64,000 nt of DNA from Anaerolinea sp. (GTDB taxonomy: Bacteria > Chloroflexota > Limnocylindria > Limnocylindrales > CSP1-4). Location: NCBI GenBank assembly GCA_013822395.1, contig PNKK01000001.1, positions 20,970-84,969 of the forward strand, given 5' to 3'. The translations under genes and the position numbers were made by a program. Below, piece after piece: positions 17,559-27,540 of this stretch. The notes under the pieces were generated by a model that worked only from the letters and a program-made list of their open reading frames with translations, was not told where the DNA came from and did not search any database. Numbering within the stretch: position 1 is the first letter of the stretch; each line of letters opens with the position of its first letter.

Positions 17559-18569
17559 TCAGCGCGGGAGCTCGACCCCGAGGCCCCTCACCGCTGCCAC
17601 CCGGGCGATCGCGTCGGCGAACACGACGTCGGCCAGACCGACGCCCAGGTGTGTCACGACGACCCGGCCGGCGGGCCGCGGCGTGCCCGCGAGGATCGCC
17701 TCGCCGAGCATCGCGTCCGGGTCCGGGTAGCCGTCGAAGTTCCCCGCATCGCGATTCGCGAGGTACTGCTCGCGATGGTCGACGAGGAAGAGCGCGGCAT
17801 CTCGGGCGACCTCGGCGGCGCAGTAGGTCGCGTAGTCGATGGGAACGATCGTGGCGCCCTCGGCGAGCCAGTCATTCGTCATCGACTGGCGCTCCACCGC
17901 CGGCCCGAACGAGGCCGCCGTCAGCACGACGTCGGCGCCGTCGATCGCGCTTCGGGCGTCGTCGTGGGCCACGACGCTCCCGATCCCCTCCGTCTCGCGG
18001 GCCGTGGTCGCCAGTCGCTCGGCGCGGGTCCGATCGCGATCGAAGAGGTGGAGCTCCACGCCGGGCAGGACGTGCCCGAAGACCGGGAGGTGCGAGTGGC
18101 CCTGCACCCCGGCGCCGATGAGCGCCGCCCGTGGTGGTCGTCCCGCGACCGTGGGTCCGTAGCGCCGGATCGCGACACCCGAGACGGCCGCCGTGCGCTG
18201 TGCGGTGATCGGGCCGCCGTCGAGGATGGCGGTTGGAATGCCCGTTTCCGGGTCGTTCAGGATCACCGTCGCGCTGATGCCGGGTAGCCCGAGGGCGGTG
18301 TTCGTGGCAAAGCCGGCGACCCACTTCATCCCGACGAGATCGCCGGCGACGGTTTCGCCTCGGTAGATCGCGGGCATGGCGTGGATGAAGGACGCGGCCG
18401 GTCCGGGGTGGATCGCGAGCTTCGGCGGCAGCTCGGCGCCATTCGGCGTCGCCAGCGCGACGAGCGTCCGCTCGGCGAGCGCGAGCCGCTCCGATATCCC
18501 GGGCATCGCCGCCTCGACGTCGGCGGCGGAGAGCCAGCGGAGCGGGGGCAGCGGCGGCACGTTCGGCAT
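17559..18569 (-). CDS. ornithine cyclodeaminase / mu-crystallin family protein
   Basis: 336 aa from MPNVPPLPPLRWLS. Has a Rossmann GAGVQG motif. The 879-aa ORF in the track is an artefactual upstream extension that runs antisense to the neighbouring gene. Confidence 0.8.
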   Translation of the reverse strand: MPNVPPLPPLRWLSAADVEAAMPGISERLALAERTLVALATPNGAELPPKLAIHPGPAASFIHAMPAIYRGETVAGDLVGMKWVAGFATNTALGLPGISATVILNDPETGIPTAILDGGPITAQRTAAVSGVAIRRYGPTVAGRPPRAALIGAGVQGHSHLPVFGHVLPGVELHLFDRDRTRAERLATTARETEGIGSVVAHDDARSAIDGADVVLTAASFGPAVERQSMTNDWLAEGATIVPIDYATYCAAEVARDAALFLVDHREQYLANRDAGNFDGYPDPDAMLGEAILAGTPRPAGRVVVTHLGVGLADVVFADAIARVAAVRGLGVELPR

Positions 18570-18629
18570 GGCTCGGAGTGTACCGCCCGGCACGGGTCCG
18601 TCCGGACTCGACCGGCTAGGATTCATTCC

Positions 18630-19853
18630 ATGCCGCTCGATCTCGCCCAGAGCCTGGAGAACCTCAAGCTCGAGCGCGACGCGATCCAGCTGTACGACGC
18701 GCTCGCCACGATCGAGAAGGATCCCCGGCGCGCAGCCGCCTTCCGGACGATCGCCGGGAACGAGCGCCGGCACGCCGAGGTCTGGGCGACGCGCCTCTCC
18801 GAGCTGGGCGCGACCGTGCCGGCCCCTGCCGGCCCGCGCTTCCGGGTGCGCGTGATCGTCGCCCTCGCCCGGCTCCTCGGGACTCACGCGGTCCGTGATC
18901 TCGTCCTCGCGCTCGAGGGGGACGAGGAGGAGATCTACATGGCCCAGGCCGCGCCCGAGGTGGAGGCCATCGCCGCCGACGAGCGAGAGCATGCCGAGAT
19001 CTGGCGCCGCCTGTCGGTCGACCGGTCGAACGGACTCGGGGCGCGGTTGGGAGGCGCACCGGGCCGCGCCCACGCGGCCGTCGCGGCGGACACGGAGCAT
19101 CACGCCGCCGCCCGCCGCGGGATCGAGAGCCCGGCGGAGATCGCGTCTCGCGAACGCTGGCACCGGGCGAGCCGCTCCGGCACGCTCCGGGCCGTCATCT
19201 TCGGCGTCTCGGATGGGCTCGTCTCCAACCTCGCCCTCGTGATGGGCGTCGCAGGCGCGGGCGCCGCGGTCGGTGAGGGCCGGTTCGTGCTGCTTGCCGG
19301 GATAGCCGGCCTTCTCGCGGGGGCGTTCTCGATGGCCGCCGGAGAGTACATCTCGATGCAATCCCAGCGGGAGCTGTTCGAGCGGCAGATCGAGCTCGAG
19401 CGCGCCGAGCTGGAGGCGATGCCGGAGGAGGAGCAGGAGGAGCTCGCCGCGGTCTATCGGGCGAAGGGCTTCACGGCGGACGAGGCCCGCACGATCGCGG
19501 CCCGGATGTTCTCCGACCCGCAGCACGCGCTGGACACGCTCGTTCGCGAGGAGCTGGGCCTGGACCCGGACGAGCTGGGGTCGCCCTGGGGGGCCGCGTT
19601 CGGCTCGTTCGTCGCGTTCGGGGTCGGGGCGATCATCCCGGTGGTGCCATACCTGTTCGGCTCGGGGAGCGCCGCGTTCTGGGGCGCGATCATCGCGTCC
19701 CTCGCGGCCCTGTTCGTCGTCGGCGCCGGCGTGAGCCTGCTCACCGGCCGGAGCCTCCTCTTCTCGGGCGCCCGGCAGGTGGGAATCGGGGCCGCGGCGG
19801 CCGGGGTGACCTACCTGGTCGGGACGGTCATCGGCGTGTCGGTCGCGGGCTGA
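18630..19853 (+). CDS. membrane-bound ferritin-like protein fused to a VIT1/CCC1 iron-transporter domain (MbfA-like)
   Basis: The N-terminal domain is ferritin/erythrin-like, with ExxH motifs (GNERRHAEVW, ADEREHAEIW). The C-terminal domain is VIT1-like (VIFGVSDGLVSNLALVMGVAGAG...AGEYISMQSQRE). ATG at 18630. Confidence 0.75.
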   Translation: MPLDLAQSLENLKLERDAIQLYDALATIEKDPRRAAAFRTIAGNERRHAEVWATRLSELGATVPAPAGPRFRVRVIVALARLLGTHAVRDLVLALEGDEEEIYMAQAAPEVEAIAADEREHAEIWRRLSVDRSNGLGARLGGAPGRAHAAVAADTEHHAAARRGIESPAEIASRERWHRASRSGTLRAVIFGVSDGLVSNLALVMGVAGAGAAVGEGRFVLLAGIAGLLAGAFSMAAGEYISMQSQRELFERQIELERAELEAMPEEEQEELAAVYRAKGFTADEARTIAARMFSDPQHALDTLVREELGLDPDELGSPWGAAFGSFVAFGVGAIIPVVPYLFGSGSAAFWGAIIASLAALFVVGAGVSLLTGRSLLFSGARQVGIGAAAAGVTYLVGTVIGVSVAG

Positions 19854-19856
19854 GAC

Positions 19857-20147
19857 GTGCCGGACCTGCGGGCCCTCCTCGTCTCGGCCGGTGTGGGCGC
19901 GGGCATCGCCGCCTTCACGATCCTGTTCTGGCGGTGGCCCCTCGCGATGGGCATCGGCGCGGGGATCCTGCTGGGTGGGCTGGCCCTCACCGGGACGATC
20001 TCCATCGGCCACGACGCCGCGGCGGCGGACGCCGCCTGGCGAGCCGCGGCGCCGGACCTCCAGGATCCGCCTGCGGAACCGTCCACCGACGTGGTGGTTC
20101 AGCCGCCGTCTTCGGCGCGGGGCCACGATCGTCCGTCCGGTGACTGA
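19857..20147 (+). CDS. small hypothetical membrane protein (96 aa)
   Basis: Starts 4 nt after the preceding stop. Two predicted TM helices (LLVSAGVGAGIAAFTILFWRWPLAMGIGAGILLGGLALTG). Confidence 0.35.
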   Translation: MPDLRALLVSAGVGAGIAAFTILFWRWPLAMGIGAGILLGGLALTGTISIGHDAAAADAAWRAAAPDLQDPPAEPSTDVVVQPPSSARGHDRPSGD

Positions 20148-20451
20148 TCTCGGGTCCCGGCTCCGCGCCGAGGGGCTGGCGCCGGGCAGCTGGTCCAACG
20201 GCCCGTTCGAACGCTATGACGCTCACGACCACGGCTTCGACAAGGTCCTCGTCTGTGCGTCTGGTTCCGTCCGATTCGGCCTGCCCGATCTCGGGCACTC
20301 GGTCTCCCTCGCGCCGGGCGATCGCCTCGATCTTCCGGCCGGCACTCGCCACGACGCGACCGTGGGGGAGCACGGCGTCACCTGCCTCGAGGGCCATCTT
20401 CCCGCGGGGCGCCTGCCGGCCCTCGTGCACCGACCAGCCGGGACCTGGTAG
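20140..20451 (+). CDS. cupin-domain protein (~103 aa)
   Basis: GTG 20140 overlaps the upstream stop. ...HDHGFDKVLVCASGSVRFGLPDLGHSVSLAPGDRLDLPAGTRHDATV is a cupin two-His motif. Confidence 0.5.
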   Translation: MTDLGSRLRAEGLAPGSWSNGPFERYDAHDHGFDKVLVCASGSVRFGLPDLGHSVSLAPGDRLDLPAGTRHDATVGEHGVTCLEGHLPAGRLPALVHRPAGTW

Positions 20452-20835
20452 CGGCGCTCCGGCCGGGACCTGGCAGCGGCGCGACATGCGAATCGAACGG
20501 CCCCCGGAAGTCCCGGGGGCCGTCGTGGAGGAGGAGCGCAATGGATCAGTGGGTCCAGCGGGCGCCGAAGTCGAAGGATTCGGAGGGATCGGAGGCTCGA
20601 CGCCCATCCTCGCCGAACAGGATGCTGAGCAGCGAGAACAGCGCCAGGAGCCCGAAGCCGGAAGAGACGATCATGATGGGTACCTGTCGCGGACCGAATG
20701 CCGTCGGATCGGGCCGTCTGGCGTCCCGATCCCGTCGCAGCGCGACGAGCCTCGACATTCGAATTGACCTTGCATCCGGATGATAGCCTAATCTCGTTAG
20801 GCTGACAAGCGGTTCTCCTTATGAGATTGAGATTG

Positions 20836-21309
20836 ATGGCAGATAAGAGCGGTCTGGATCGGATCGACGCACGGCTCCTGGAGCTTCTCCAGGAGGACGG
20901 CCGGCGACCGTACGCGGAGCTCGGGGCCGAGGTTGGGATCAGCGGGCCGGCCGCGCACGAGCGGGTGAAGAAGCTCGAGGCCCGCGGCGTCATCACCGGC
21001 TATGGCGCGCGCGTCTCGGCCGAGGCGGTCGGCCTCGGGGTCCTCGCCTTCACCTGGGTGACGCAGGCGCCGGGGACGGTCGTAACGGACCTGACCGGCG
21101 ACTTCGGCGCGATCCCCGAGATCGAGGAGTGCCACCACGTCACCGGCGAGGCGGACTACCTCCTCAAGATCCGCGCGCGCGACACGCGCGACCTCGAACG
21201 GGTGATTCGCGCGGTCCAGGCCACGCGCCACGTCTTCTCGACGGAATCGGACGTCGTCTTCTCGACGGCATTCGAGCGGCGCCCGATCCGGCCGGCGGAG
21301 CGGCCATAG
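20836..21309 (+). CDS. Lrp/AsnC family transcriptional regulator
   Basis: HTH RIDARLLELLQEDGRRPYAELGAEVGISGPAAHERVKKLEARGVITGY plus a RAM domain. An alternative ATG is at 20821. The palindrome AGCCTAAtctcgTTAGGCT at 20786-20804 lies just upstream. Confidence 0.8.
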   Translation: MADKSGLDRIDARLLELLQEDGRRPYAELGAEVGISGPAAHERVKKLEARGVITGYGARVSAEAVGLGVLAFTWVTQAPGTVVTDLTGDFGAIPEIEECHHVTGEADYLLKIRARDTRDLERVIRAVQATRHVFSTESDVVFSTAFERRPIRPAERP

Positions 21310-21573
21310 GAGCGCTTCGGCCCAGGCCGGCACCTTCGTGGGCTGCAAGCTCCAGGCTCGCCTCGGAGGTGGTTTCGATGCAAGCCGACGCCTATGCGCG
21401 GGGTGCATGAGACCGGCCGATCTACGATCCGTGATATCGGTGTTCAGCCGCAGGGCGCATGGCAGGGCGCAGCTCATGGCGCTGCTGCATCAACGGCGAC
21501 ATCGAGCTTGCGCTGGTGGACGAGCTGATGCACTCGGCGCATGGCCCCCACGTTGCGGCCCCCGGCCCGCGGG

Positions 21574-21849
21574 TCAGTCCCGTGAATCCGCCGGCTCCAT
21601 GGGCTCGAACCGGTCCGGCGGCGGTAGCTGGAGGTACTCCCGATGCTCGCGCAGGACGGCTTCGACCTGACCGCGATCCAGACCGCGCTCGCCGCCACCG
21701 AGCCGGGCCGCGATCCACGTCGCCTCGGCGGGCAGTTCCGCGTCATCGAGATCCTGCTCTCGCCGCGCCCCGTCGAGGAAGACCACCGCGACGAGCCCGC
21801 CGCCCGCCACGAGGCCCACGAGGAGCAGCCACCACTGGAACTCGGCCAT
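21574..21849 (-). CDS. hypothetical small membrane protein (91 aa)
   Basis: One predicted TM helix (FQWWLLLVGLVAGGGLVAVVF). Divergent from lgt. Weak call. Confidence 0.25.
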   Translation of the reverse strand: MAEFQWWLLLVGLVAGGGLVAVVFLDGARREQDLDDAELPAEATWIAARLGGGERGLDRGQVEAVLREHREYLQLPPPDRFEPMEPADSRD

Positions 21850-22008
21850 CAGCGCCCGGGGCCAACGTGAGACATCGGCGCGAGTCTACGGGCAACGTTC
21901 GCGATGCGCCCGCAGCTCGATGCCACCCTCGATGGGGACGGGCGAACACGCCCGACCCGACCGGTCGCCGGAAAGCCGGGCGACCGGCCCACTACACTCC
22001 CCGCCACG

Positions 22009-22905
22009 ATGATCGACCTCACCCCGGATCCCATCGCGCTCCAGCTCGGGCCGCTGCCCATCTACTGGTACGGCGTCGCGTACGCGGTCGGCCTTGCCTT
22101 GTCCTATGTGGTCCTCGTCCGCCAGGCGCGCCGGTTCGGCCAGGACCCCGAGCTCATCACGAACGGGGTCATCGTCATCGCCATTGCCGCGCTGATCGGC
22201 GGCCGCCTCTACCACGTCATCGACCAGTGGCAGCTCTATCGGGACGATCTCCTGAGGATCGTCATGCCCCCGTATTCCGGCCTCGGCGTGTATGGGGGTC
22301 TGCTCACGGGGACGCTCGCTTTCATCCTCCTGGTCCGGCATCACAGGGTGAGCCCATGGGTCTGGGCGGACGTCGTCGCGCCGGCCTTGTTCACGATGCA
22401 GGCGATCGGCCGGTGGGGGAACTTCTTCAACCAGGAGCTGTACGGGCCGCCGACCAGCCTGCCGTGGGGCATCGCCATCGACTGCGCCCATCGGGTGGCG
22501 GCCTACCCGTGCGAAACGCTCCCCGAGGCGACGACCGGCTTCCAACCGCTCTTCCTGTATGAGTCGGTGTCCGGGGTCGTGGGGGCGCTCTTCCTGATCT
22601 GGCTCTCGCGCCGGCGGCCGTACCGGCTCAGGCCAGGCGACCAGATCCTGATCTTCTTCATCTGGTACGCGGTCGTCCGGTTCGCGCTCGAGTCACTACG
22701 GACCGGAAACTGGGTGATCGGCGGCATCCCGACGGCCCAGCTCATGTCCGTCCTCTTCGCCCTCGGGGCATTCCTGGTGCTGCTCTCCCGGCACCGGCGG
22801 CCAAAGGCGGACGGGTCGGCAGGTGGCGAGCCGGACGGGGACCTCGAGCCCGACGGCGGGACCGAGGCGAGCATGGATGCGGCGCGCCCGCGCCCGCGCG
22901 ACTGA
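22009..22905 (+). CDS. lgt: prolipoprotein diacylglyceryl transferase
   Basis: Lgt signature AIGRWGNFFNQELYGPPTSLPWG. Also has the H-x-x-x-Y-E-S-like region FQPLFLYESVSGVVGALFLIWL. ATG at 22009. Confidence 0.9.
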   Translation: MIDLTPDPIALQLGPLPIYWYGVAYAVGLALSYVVLVRQARRFGQDPELITNGVIVIAIAALIGGRLYHVIDQWQLYRDDLLRIVMPPYSGLGVYGGLLTGTLAFILLVRHHRVSPWVWADVVAPALFTMQAIGRWGNFFNQELYGPPTSLPWGIAIDCAHRVAAYPCETLPEATTGFQPLFLYESVSGVVGALFLIWLSRRRPYRLRPGDQILIFFIWYAVVRFALESLRTGNWVIGGIPTAQLMSVLFALGAFLVLLSRHRRPKADGSAGGEPDGDLEPDGGTEASMDAARPRPRD

Positions 22906-22913
22906 CCGCGGGG

Positions 22914-23786
22914 ATGGGCGACGATCCCGAGGCGGAGCCCCGGCGCGCCCGACGGCAGCGGGCGAGGCTCTCCCCGCAGGCCCTCGCCGCCGCCCGGGGT
23001 GGCGTCCGCGAGGGGCTCGACTGGCTCGGCCGGCCCCCGGATGCCACGGCGGGGCTCCTCGTCCGAGCGGTCGCCGTCCTCGCCCGCTTCCTCCTCTTCG
23101 CGGTCTTCCGGTTCCGCGTGACGACGAGCGGCCAGGAGCACCTGCCGGCCGGCGGTGGCTACCTGGTCGTGGCGGCGATCCACCGCGGCTGGATGGACCC
23201 GTTCCTGATCCTGCATGCCTTGCCGCTCGAGCCGCGAGCCTGGTTCCTCGGCAGCGGGCCGTCGGCCTTCTCGGCGCGGTGGCGGGAGTGGCTGCTCCGC
23301 CGGATCGGCGGGATGCTCCCCGTCTGGCGCGGCGGGGTGGGGGTGGACCAGCATGTGGCGTCGGCGCGGGCGGTGCTCGCGAACGGCGGCGTCTTCGTGC
23401 TGGTCCCGGAAGGCGGCGTGGCCGGCCCGCCGGATCGCCTCGGGACGTTTCGGACCGGCGCGGCGCTCATCGCCCTCCGGACGGGGGCGCCGGTCGTTCC
23501 GATCGCCCTCGCGGGCGCTGATGAGCTCTATCTGGGCAAGCGTCTGGCGTCGCGGATCCTCCCGCCGACGAACGCGCGCGAGCTGCTCGGCGAGACGTGG
23601 GATGGCGTCCTCCCCGAACCCGGCAGCCGGGTCGAGCTCGACCTCGCCCGCCGGCTCACGGATCGCTTCTCCGATCTCCTCGGCCCGGCGGTCGCGGCGC
23701 TCTATCCCGAGACCGTGGACTCGCCCCGCTACCCGCGCCGCTTCCGCGGCCTCACCTGGCTGTTCCTGTCCCGCCGGGAGCGCTGA
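22914..23786 (+). CDS. lysophospholipid (1-acyl-sn-glycerol-3-phosphate) acyltransferase, PlsC family
   Basis: HX4D motif AAIHRGWMDPF and the PEGG-type block VLVPEGGV. Confidence 0.75.
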   Translation: MGDDPEAEPRRARRQRARLSPQALAAARGGVREGLDWLGRPPDATAGLLVRAVAVLARFLLFAVFRFRVTTSGQEHLPAGGGYLVVAAIHRGWMDPFLILHALPLEPRAWFLGSGPSAFSARWREWLLRRIGGMLPVWRGGVGVDQHVASARAVLANGGVFVLVPEGGVAGPPDRLGTFRTGAALIALRTGAPVVPIALAGADELYLGKRLASRILPPTNARELLGETWDGVLPEPGSRVELDLARRLTDRFSDLLGPAVAALYPETVDSPRYPRRFRGLTWLFLSRRER

Positions 23787-23855
23787 TCCCACCCGCCGGC
23801 ACCCGCCTCGACGGTCGGCACCGCCTCGACGCCCGGCGGGATATCCTCCGCGTCG

Positions 23856-25274
23856 ATGCAGTACGCCGAATCCATCCTCGAATTGGTTGGCGGGACGCCG
23901 CTCGTCCGACTCACCCGCGTCACCCGCGACCTCGGGCCGGCGGACGCCCAGCCGCTGATCCTCGCCAAGCTCGAGATGCTCAACCCGGGCGGCTCGGTCA
24001 AGGACCGGATCGGCCTCCCGATGATCGAGGCAGCCGAACGGGCCGGGCTGCTGAAGCCAGGCGGGACGATCATCGAGCCGACCTCCGGCAACACCGGCCA
24101 CGGCCTCGCGATCGCGGCTGCGCTGAAGGGCTATCGCTGCATCTTCGTGATGGCGGACAAGCAGTCGCCCGAGAAGCAGGCGCTTCTGCGTGCCTACGGC
24201 GCCGAGGTCGTCCTCTGCCCGACGAACGTTGAGCCCGAATCGCCCGAGTCCTACTACTCCGTGGCGGCCCGGCTGGCCCGCGACATCCCCGGCGCCTTCA
24301 AGCCGGACCAGTACTGGAACCCCGAGAACCCGGCGGCGCATGAGCGGACGACCGGACCCGAGATCTGGGAGCAGACCGACGGCCGGATCACCCACCTCGT
24401 GGCGAGCGCCGGAACCGGCGGCACGATCTCCGGGATCGGGCACTTCCTGAAGGCGCGCAACCCGGCCATCACGATCGTCGGCGCGGACCCGGAGGGGAGC
24501 GTCCTGTCCGGCGACGTTGCCCGCCCGTACCTCACCGAGGGTGTGGGGGAGGACTTCTTCCCCGGCACGCACGACCCGGCCGTGGTTGATCGCTGGGTTC
24601 GAGTGTCGGACCGCGACGCGTTCCTGATGGCCCGGCGGATCACCCGCGAGGAGGGAATTCTCGCTGGCGAGTCGTGCGGAACGGCGGTCGTCGCCGCGCT
24701 CGACGAGGCGCGCCGGATCATGGCACGCGACGGCGCCGCGGCGAAGGACGCGGTCATGGTCGTGATCCTCCCCGACGGCGGCCGCTCCTACCTCTCGAAG
24801 CTCTACAACGACGAGTGGATGCGGGCGAACGGCCTGCTCGCCACGACCGGCGCCGTGATCCGGGTCGGCGACCTGCTGGCCGCCCGGCACCACGACGCCG
24901 ACCTGCCCGACGTCGTCATCGCCCGGACCACGGATCGCGTCGGCGCGGCGATCGACCTGCTCCAGCTCTACGGGATCAGCCAGCTGCCGGTCTCGCAGGA
25001 GCCCGAGGGCGACGATCTGGCGGGCATCGTCGGCTCGGTGAGCGAGCAGGGCCTCCTGGATCGTGCCTACCGAAAGCCCGAGATCGTCGAGCGAACCGTC
25101 GGCGAGATCATGGATCGGCCCCTCCCGACGGTCGCGGTCGAGGCCTCGCTTGACGAGGCCTTCGCCCTCCTCGCGGGCGGGTCGCCGGCCGCGCTCGCGG
25201 TCCGCGCCGGTCGCCCGGCAGGCGTGATCACGAGGCTGGACCTCCTCGAGTACCTGGCGCACAACCGGAGCTAG
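23856..25274 (+). CDS. cystathionine beta-synthase (PLP fold-II domain plus tandem CBS domains)
   Basis: PLP-binding lysine context SVKDR. Glycine loop SGNTGHGLA and ASAGTGGTISG. A C-terminal CBS pair spans roughly 330-470. Confidence 0.85.
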   Translation: MQYAESILELVGGTPLVRLTRVTRDLGPADAQPLILAKLEMLNPGGSVKDRIGLPMIEAAERAGLLKPGGTIIEPTSGNTGHGLAIAAALKGYRCIFVMADKQSPEKQALLRAYGAEVVLCPTNVEPESPESYYSVAARLARDIPGAFKPDQYWNPENPAAHERTTGPEIWEQTDGRITHLVASAGTGGTISGIGHFLKARNPAITIVGADPEGSVLSGDVARPYLTEGVGEDFFPGTHDPAVVDRWVRVSDRDAFLMARRITREEGILAGESCGTAVVAALDEARRIMARDGAAAKDAVMVVILPDGGRSYLSKLYNDEWMRANGLLATTGAVIRVGDLLAARHHDADLPDVVIARTTDRVGAAIDLLQLYGISQLPVSQEPEGDDLAGIVGSVSEQGLLDRAYRKPEIVERTVGEIMDRPLPTVAVEASLDEAFALLAGGSPAALAVRAGRPAGVITRLDLLEYLAHNRS

Positions 25275-25338
25275 GCAGCGGGCCGGCGACCACAGGCTCC
25301 TTGACGTAGGACGAGGACCCTGACATGCTGTCACTGTC

Positions 25339-25824
25339 ATGACAGAGACAACTGAGCTCAGCGTACCTGAGGCGGCGGCTCGCCTCGGTCGGAGCGAGCG
25401 GACGATCTGGCGGCAGATCCGCTCGGGTGAGCTGCAGACGAAGCGCCGCGCGCGCCGCGTGCTGGTGCTTGTCCCGGATGCATCTTGGCCCGGCTTTGGC
25501 GGAACTGGCGGTAACCGGACCTCCGAAACCGCAGCGACGTACGAGCCCAGCCGTTACCGCGAGGCAGGTCAAGACTGGCAGATCGGCCCGTTCCCGTACA
25601 CCGCGGCGGTCGTCGAGCGCCACCGGCGCGCACAGTTGGCTCGTCGTCGCGCGGCGATCGAAGAGATCAAACGACTGGCCGCGCTCTCGAAGCCCGATCC
25701 GGATGGGCTGACGGCCGCCGACTACATCCGCGCCGATCGTGACCACCCACGCGCCCTGGAGGGCGGCGATGCCGCCGACCGAGCCCTGGAGGAGCTGGCC
25801 CGTGAGCGACGTCATCATCGATAG
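25339..25824 (+). CDS. HTH (excisionase/MerR-like, HTH_17-type) DNA-binding protein; putative antitoxin of the downstream PIN toxin
   Basis: LSVPEAAARLGRSERTIWRQIRSGELQTKRRARRVLVLVPD. Its 3' end overlaps the PIN gene. The palindrome TGTCATGACA overlaps the start codon at 25325-25345. Confidence 0.6.
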   Translation: MTETTELSVPEAAARLGRSERTIWRQIRSGELQTKRRARRVLVLVPDASWPGFGGTGGNRTSETAATYEPSRYREAGQDWQIGPFPYTAAVVERHRRAQLARRRAAIEEIKRLAALSKPDPDGLTAADYIRADRDHPRALEGGDAADRALEELARERRHHR

Positions 25825-26239
25825 CAGCGTCGCGGTCGCGTGGGCGCTACCCGATGAGCACTTGCATCCGGCCGCCATTCGTTTCATCGATCAGCTCGGC
25901 GTGGGTCGCCTCGAACCGGTCGTCGCCGCGCACTTCACGTTCGAGGTCCGCCACGCGCTCGTGCGAGCCGCGCGGGCCGGACGGGTCGCATGGTCGACGA
26001 TCCCCCGGTGGCTCGCGGCTATCGAGTCCCTGGATGCCACGATCGTCCCGCTCACGGCTGAGGACGAGGTGATTCTCGCCCTCGCCGAGCGACATGTGCT
26101 CTCGTGGGGCGACGCCCACTGGGTCCAGATCGCATCGGACCTTGACCGTCCGCTGGTGACAGTTGACCGCCGGCTGGCGCGGGCCGTCCCGGACGAGGTC
26201 GCGATCGTCGTCTACCTGGGCGACGAGGAGGTCGCCTGA
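25802..26239 (+). CDS. PIN-domain ribonuclease toxin (VapC-like)
   Basis: GTG 25802. VIIDSSVAVAWALPDEH has the N-terminal PIN Asp. Later conserved acidic residues are present (…LTAEDEV…, …WGDAHWVQIA…DLDRPLVTVDRRL). Confidence 0.7.
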   Translation: MSDVIIDSSVAVAWALPDEHLHPAAIRFIDQLGVGRLEPVVAAHFTFEVRHALVRAARAGRVAWSTIPRWLAAIESLDATIVPLTAEDEVILALAERHVLSWGDAHWVQIASDLDRPLVTVDRRLARAVPDEVAIVVYLGDEEVA

Positions 26240-26281
26240 CCACCTGCGCCCCGGGTCGTCGCCGACCCGCATAATTCCGCC

Positions 26282-27490
26282 GTGCACGATGACCGCGACC
26301 TCGCGTTCGGGACGCTCGCCGTCCACGCCGGCCAGGAGCCGGACGAGCTGACCGGGGCGGTCGCCCCGCCGATCTACCAGACCTCGACGTTCGCCCAGGA
26401 TGGCGTCGGGCGGCCGCGGCGTGGCTATGACTACGCGCGATCCGTGAATCCGACCCGGGACCGGCTCCAGCGGGCCGTCGCCGCGCTCGAGGGGGGCGGG
26501 GAGGGGATCGCCTTCGCGTCCGGCTCCGCCGCGACGGCGGCGATCGCCGAGCTCGCCCCGCCCGCCTCGGAGGTCGTCGTCGGCGACGACGTCTATGGCG
26601 GCACGTACCGCTACCTCGAGCGTGTCCGCCGCCCGAACGGCGTGGATGCGCGGTACGTGGACCTCGCAGGTGACCCCGACGCGCTCTGGGAGGCGATGAC
26701 CGAGCGGACGCGCCTGGTCTGGTTCGAGACGCCGACCAACCCTCTGCTCAAAGTCATCGACATCGCGGCGGCCGCCCGTACGATCCGCGAGCGGTTCGGC
26801 GACGCGCCCGGCCGGCCGTTCCTCGTGGTCGACAACACGTTCGCCTCGCCGGCCCTTCAGCGCCCGCTCGACCTCGGGGCGGACATCGTCTTCCACTCCG
26901 CCACGAAGTACCTGGCCGGTCACAGCGACACGGTCCTGGGCGTCGCCGTGACGCGAGATCCAGCCGTCGCGGAGCGTCTGCGGTTCCTCCAGAACGCGGC
27001 GGGGGCCGTGCCCGGCCCGTTCGACTGCTTCCTCGTCCTGCGCGGGCTACGGACACTCCACCTCCGTGTCGAGCGACACGTTGCGAACGCGGCGGCCGTG
27101 GCCGCGTTTCTCGCCTCTCGCGACGACGTCGGGTGGGTGGCCCATCCCGGTCTCGCCGACGGGCCGCACGCGCACCCGCAGACAGCGGTGGTCCGGGCCC
27201 AGATGACCGGCGGCACCGGGATGATCTCGTTCCGGCCGCGCGCCGGGGGGGCGCACGGCCGTACCGCCGCCGAGCGGGCGGTCGCGATCGCGGAGGCGAC
27301 GCGGATCTTCACCCTCGCGGAATCGCTCGGCGGCGTGGAGTCGCTCATCGAAGTTCCTGCCCAGATGACCCACCTGTCGGTGGCCGGCTCGCCGCTCCAG
27401 GTGCCTGACGACCTGATCCGGCTGTCCGTGGGGATCGAGGCGGTGGACGACCTCATCGCCGACCTCGGGGCCGCCCTCGACGCGAGCTGA
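26282..27490 (+). CDS. cystathionine gamma-lyase / gamma-synthase (PLP-dependent Cys/Met metabolism family)
   Basis: FHSATKYLAGHSDTVLGV contains the PLP lysine. Has the typical N-terminal TLAVHAGQ block. Confidence 0.85.
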   Translation: MHDDRDLAFGTLAVHAGQEPDELTGAVAPPIYQTSTFAQDGVGRPRRGYDYARSVNPTRDRLQRAVAALEGGGEGIAFASGSAATAAIAELAPPASEVVVGDDVYGGTYRYLERVRRPNGVDARYVDLAGDPDALWEAMTERTRLVWFETPTNPLLKVIDIAAAARTIRERFGDAPGRPFLVVDNTFASPALQRPLDLGADIVFHSATKYLAGHSDTVLGVAVTRDPAVAERLRFLQNAAGAVPGPFDCFLVLRGLRTLHLRVERHVANAAAVAAFLASRDDVGWVAHPGLADGPHAHPQTAVVRAQMTGGTGMISFRPRAGGAHGRTAAERAVAIAEATRIFTLAESLGGVESLIEVPAQMTHLSVAGSPLQVPDDLIRLSVGIEAVDDLIADLGAALDAS

Positions 27491-27540
27491 CCTCGACGTC
27501 CGCGAGCCGCGCAGAGTTCGAGGGCGCCTGTCCAGCCCGA

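Noticed and set aside
18570-20198. Upstream extension of the ornithine cyclodeaminase ORF to 879 aa
   Set aside because: The extension is antisense to the ferritin-VIT gene and lacks any cyclodeaminase homology. The real start, MPNVPPL at 18569, fits the family length.
20546-20758. 70-aa minus-strand ORF with one hydrophobic helix, divergent from the Lrp gene
   Set aside because: It could be a small membrane protein. There is no RBS and no conservation evidence, and it overlaps a plus-strand ORF of similar quality. Too weak to call.
22503-25340. 945-aa ORF on the minus strand
   Set aside because: It runs antisense across lgt, the acyltransferase and CBS genes. Composition is Arg/Ala/Pro/Gly low-complexity with no domain signature. 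This is the usual high-GC antisense artefact.
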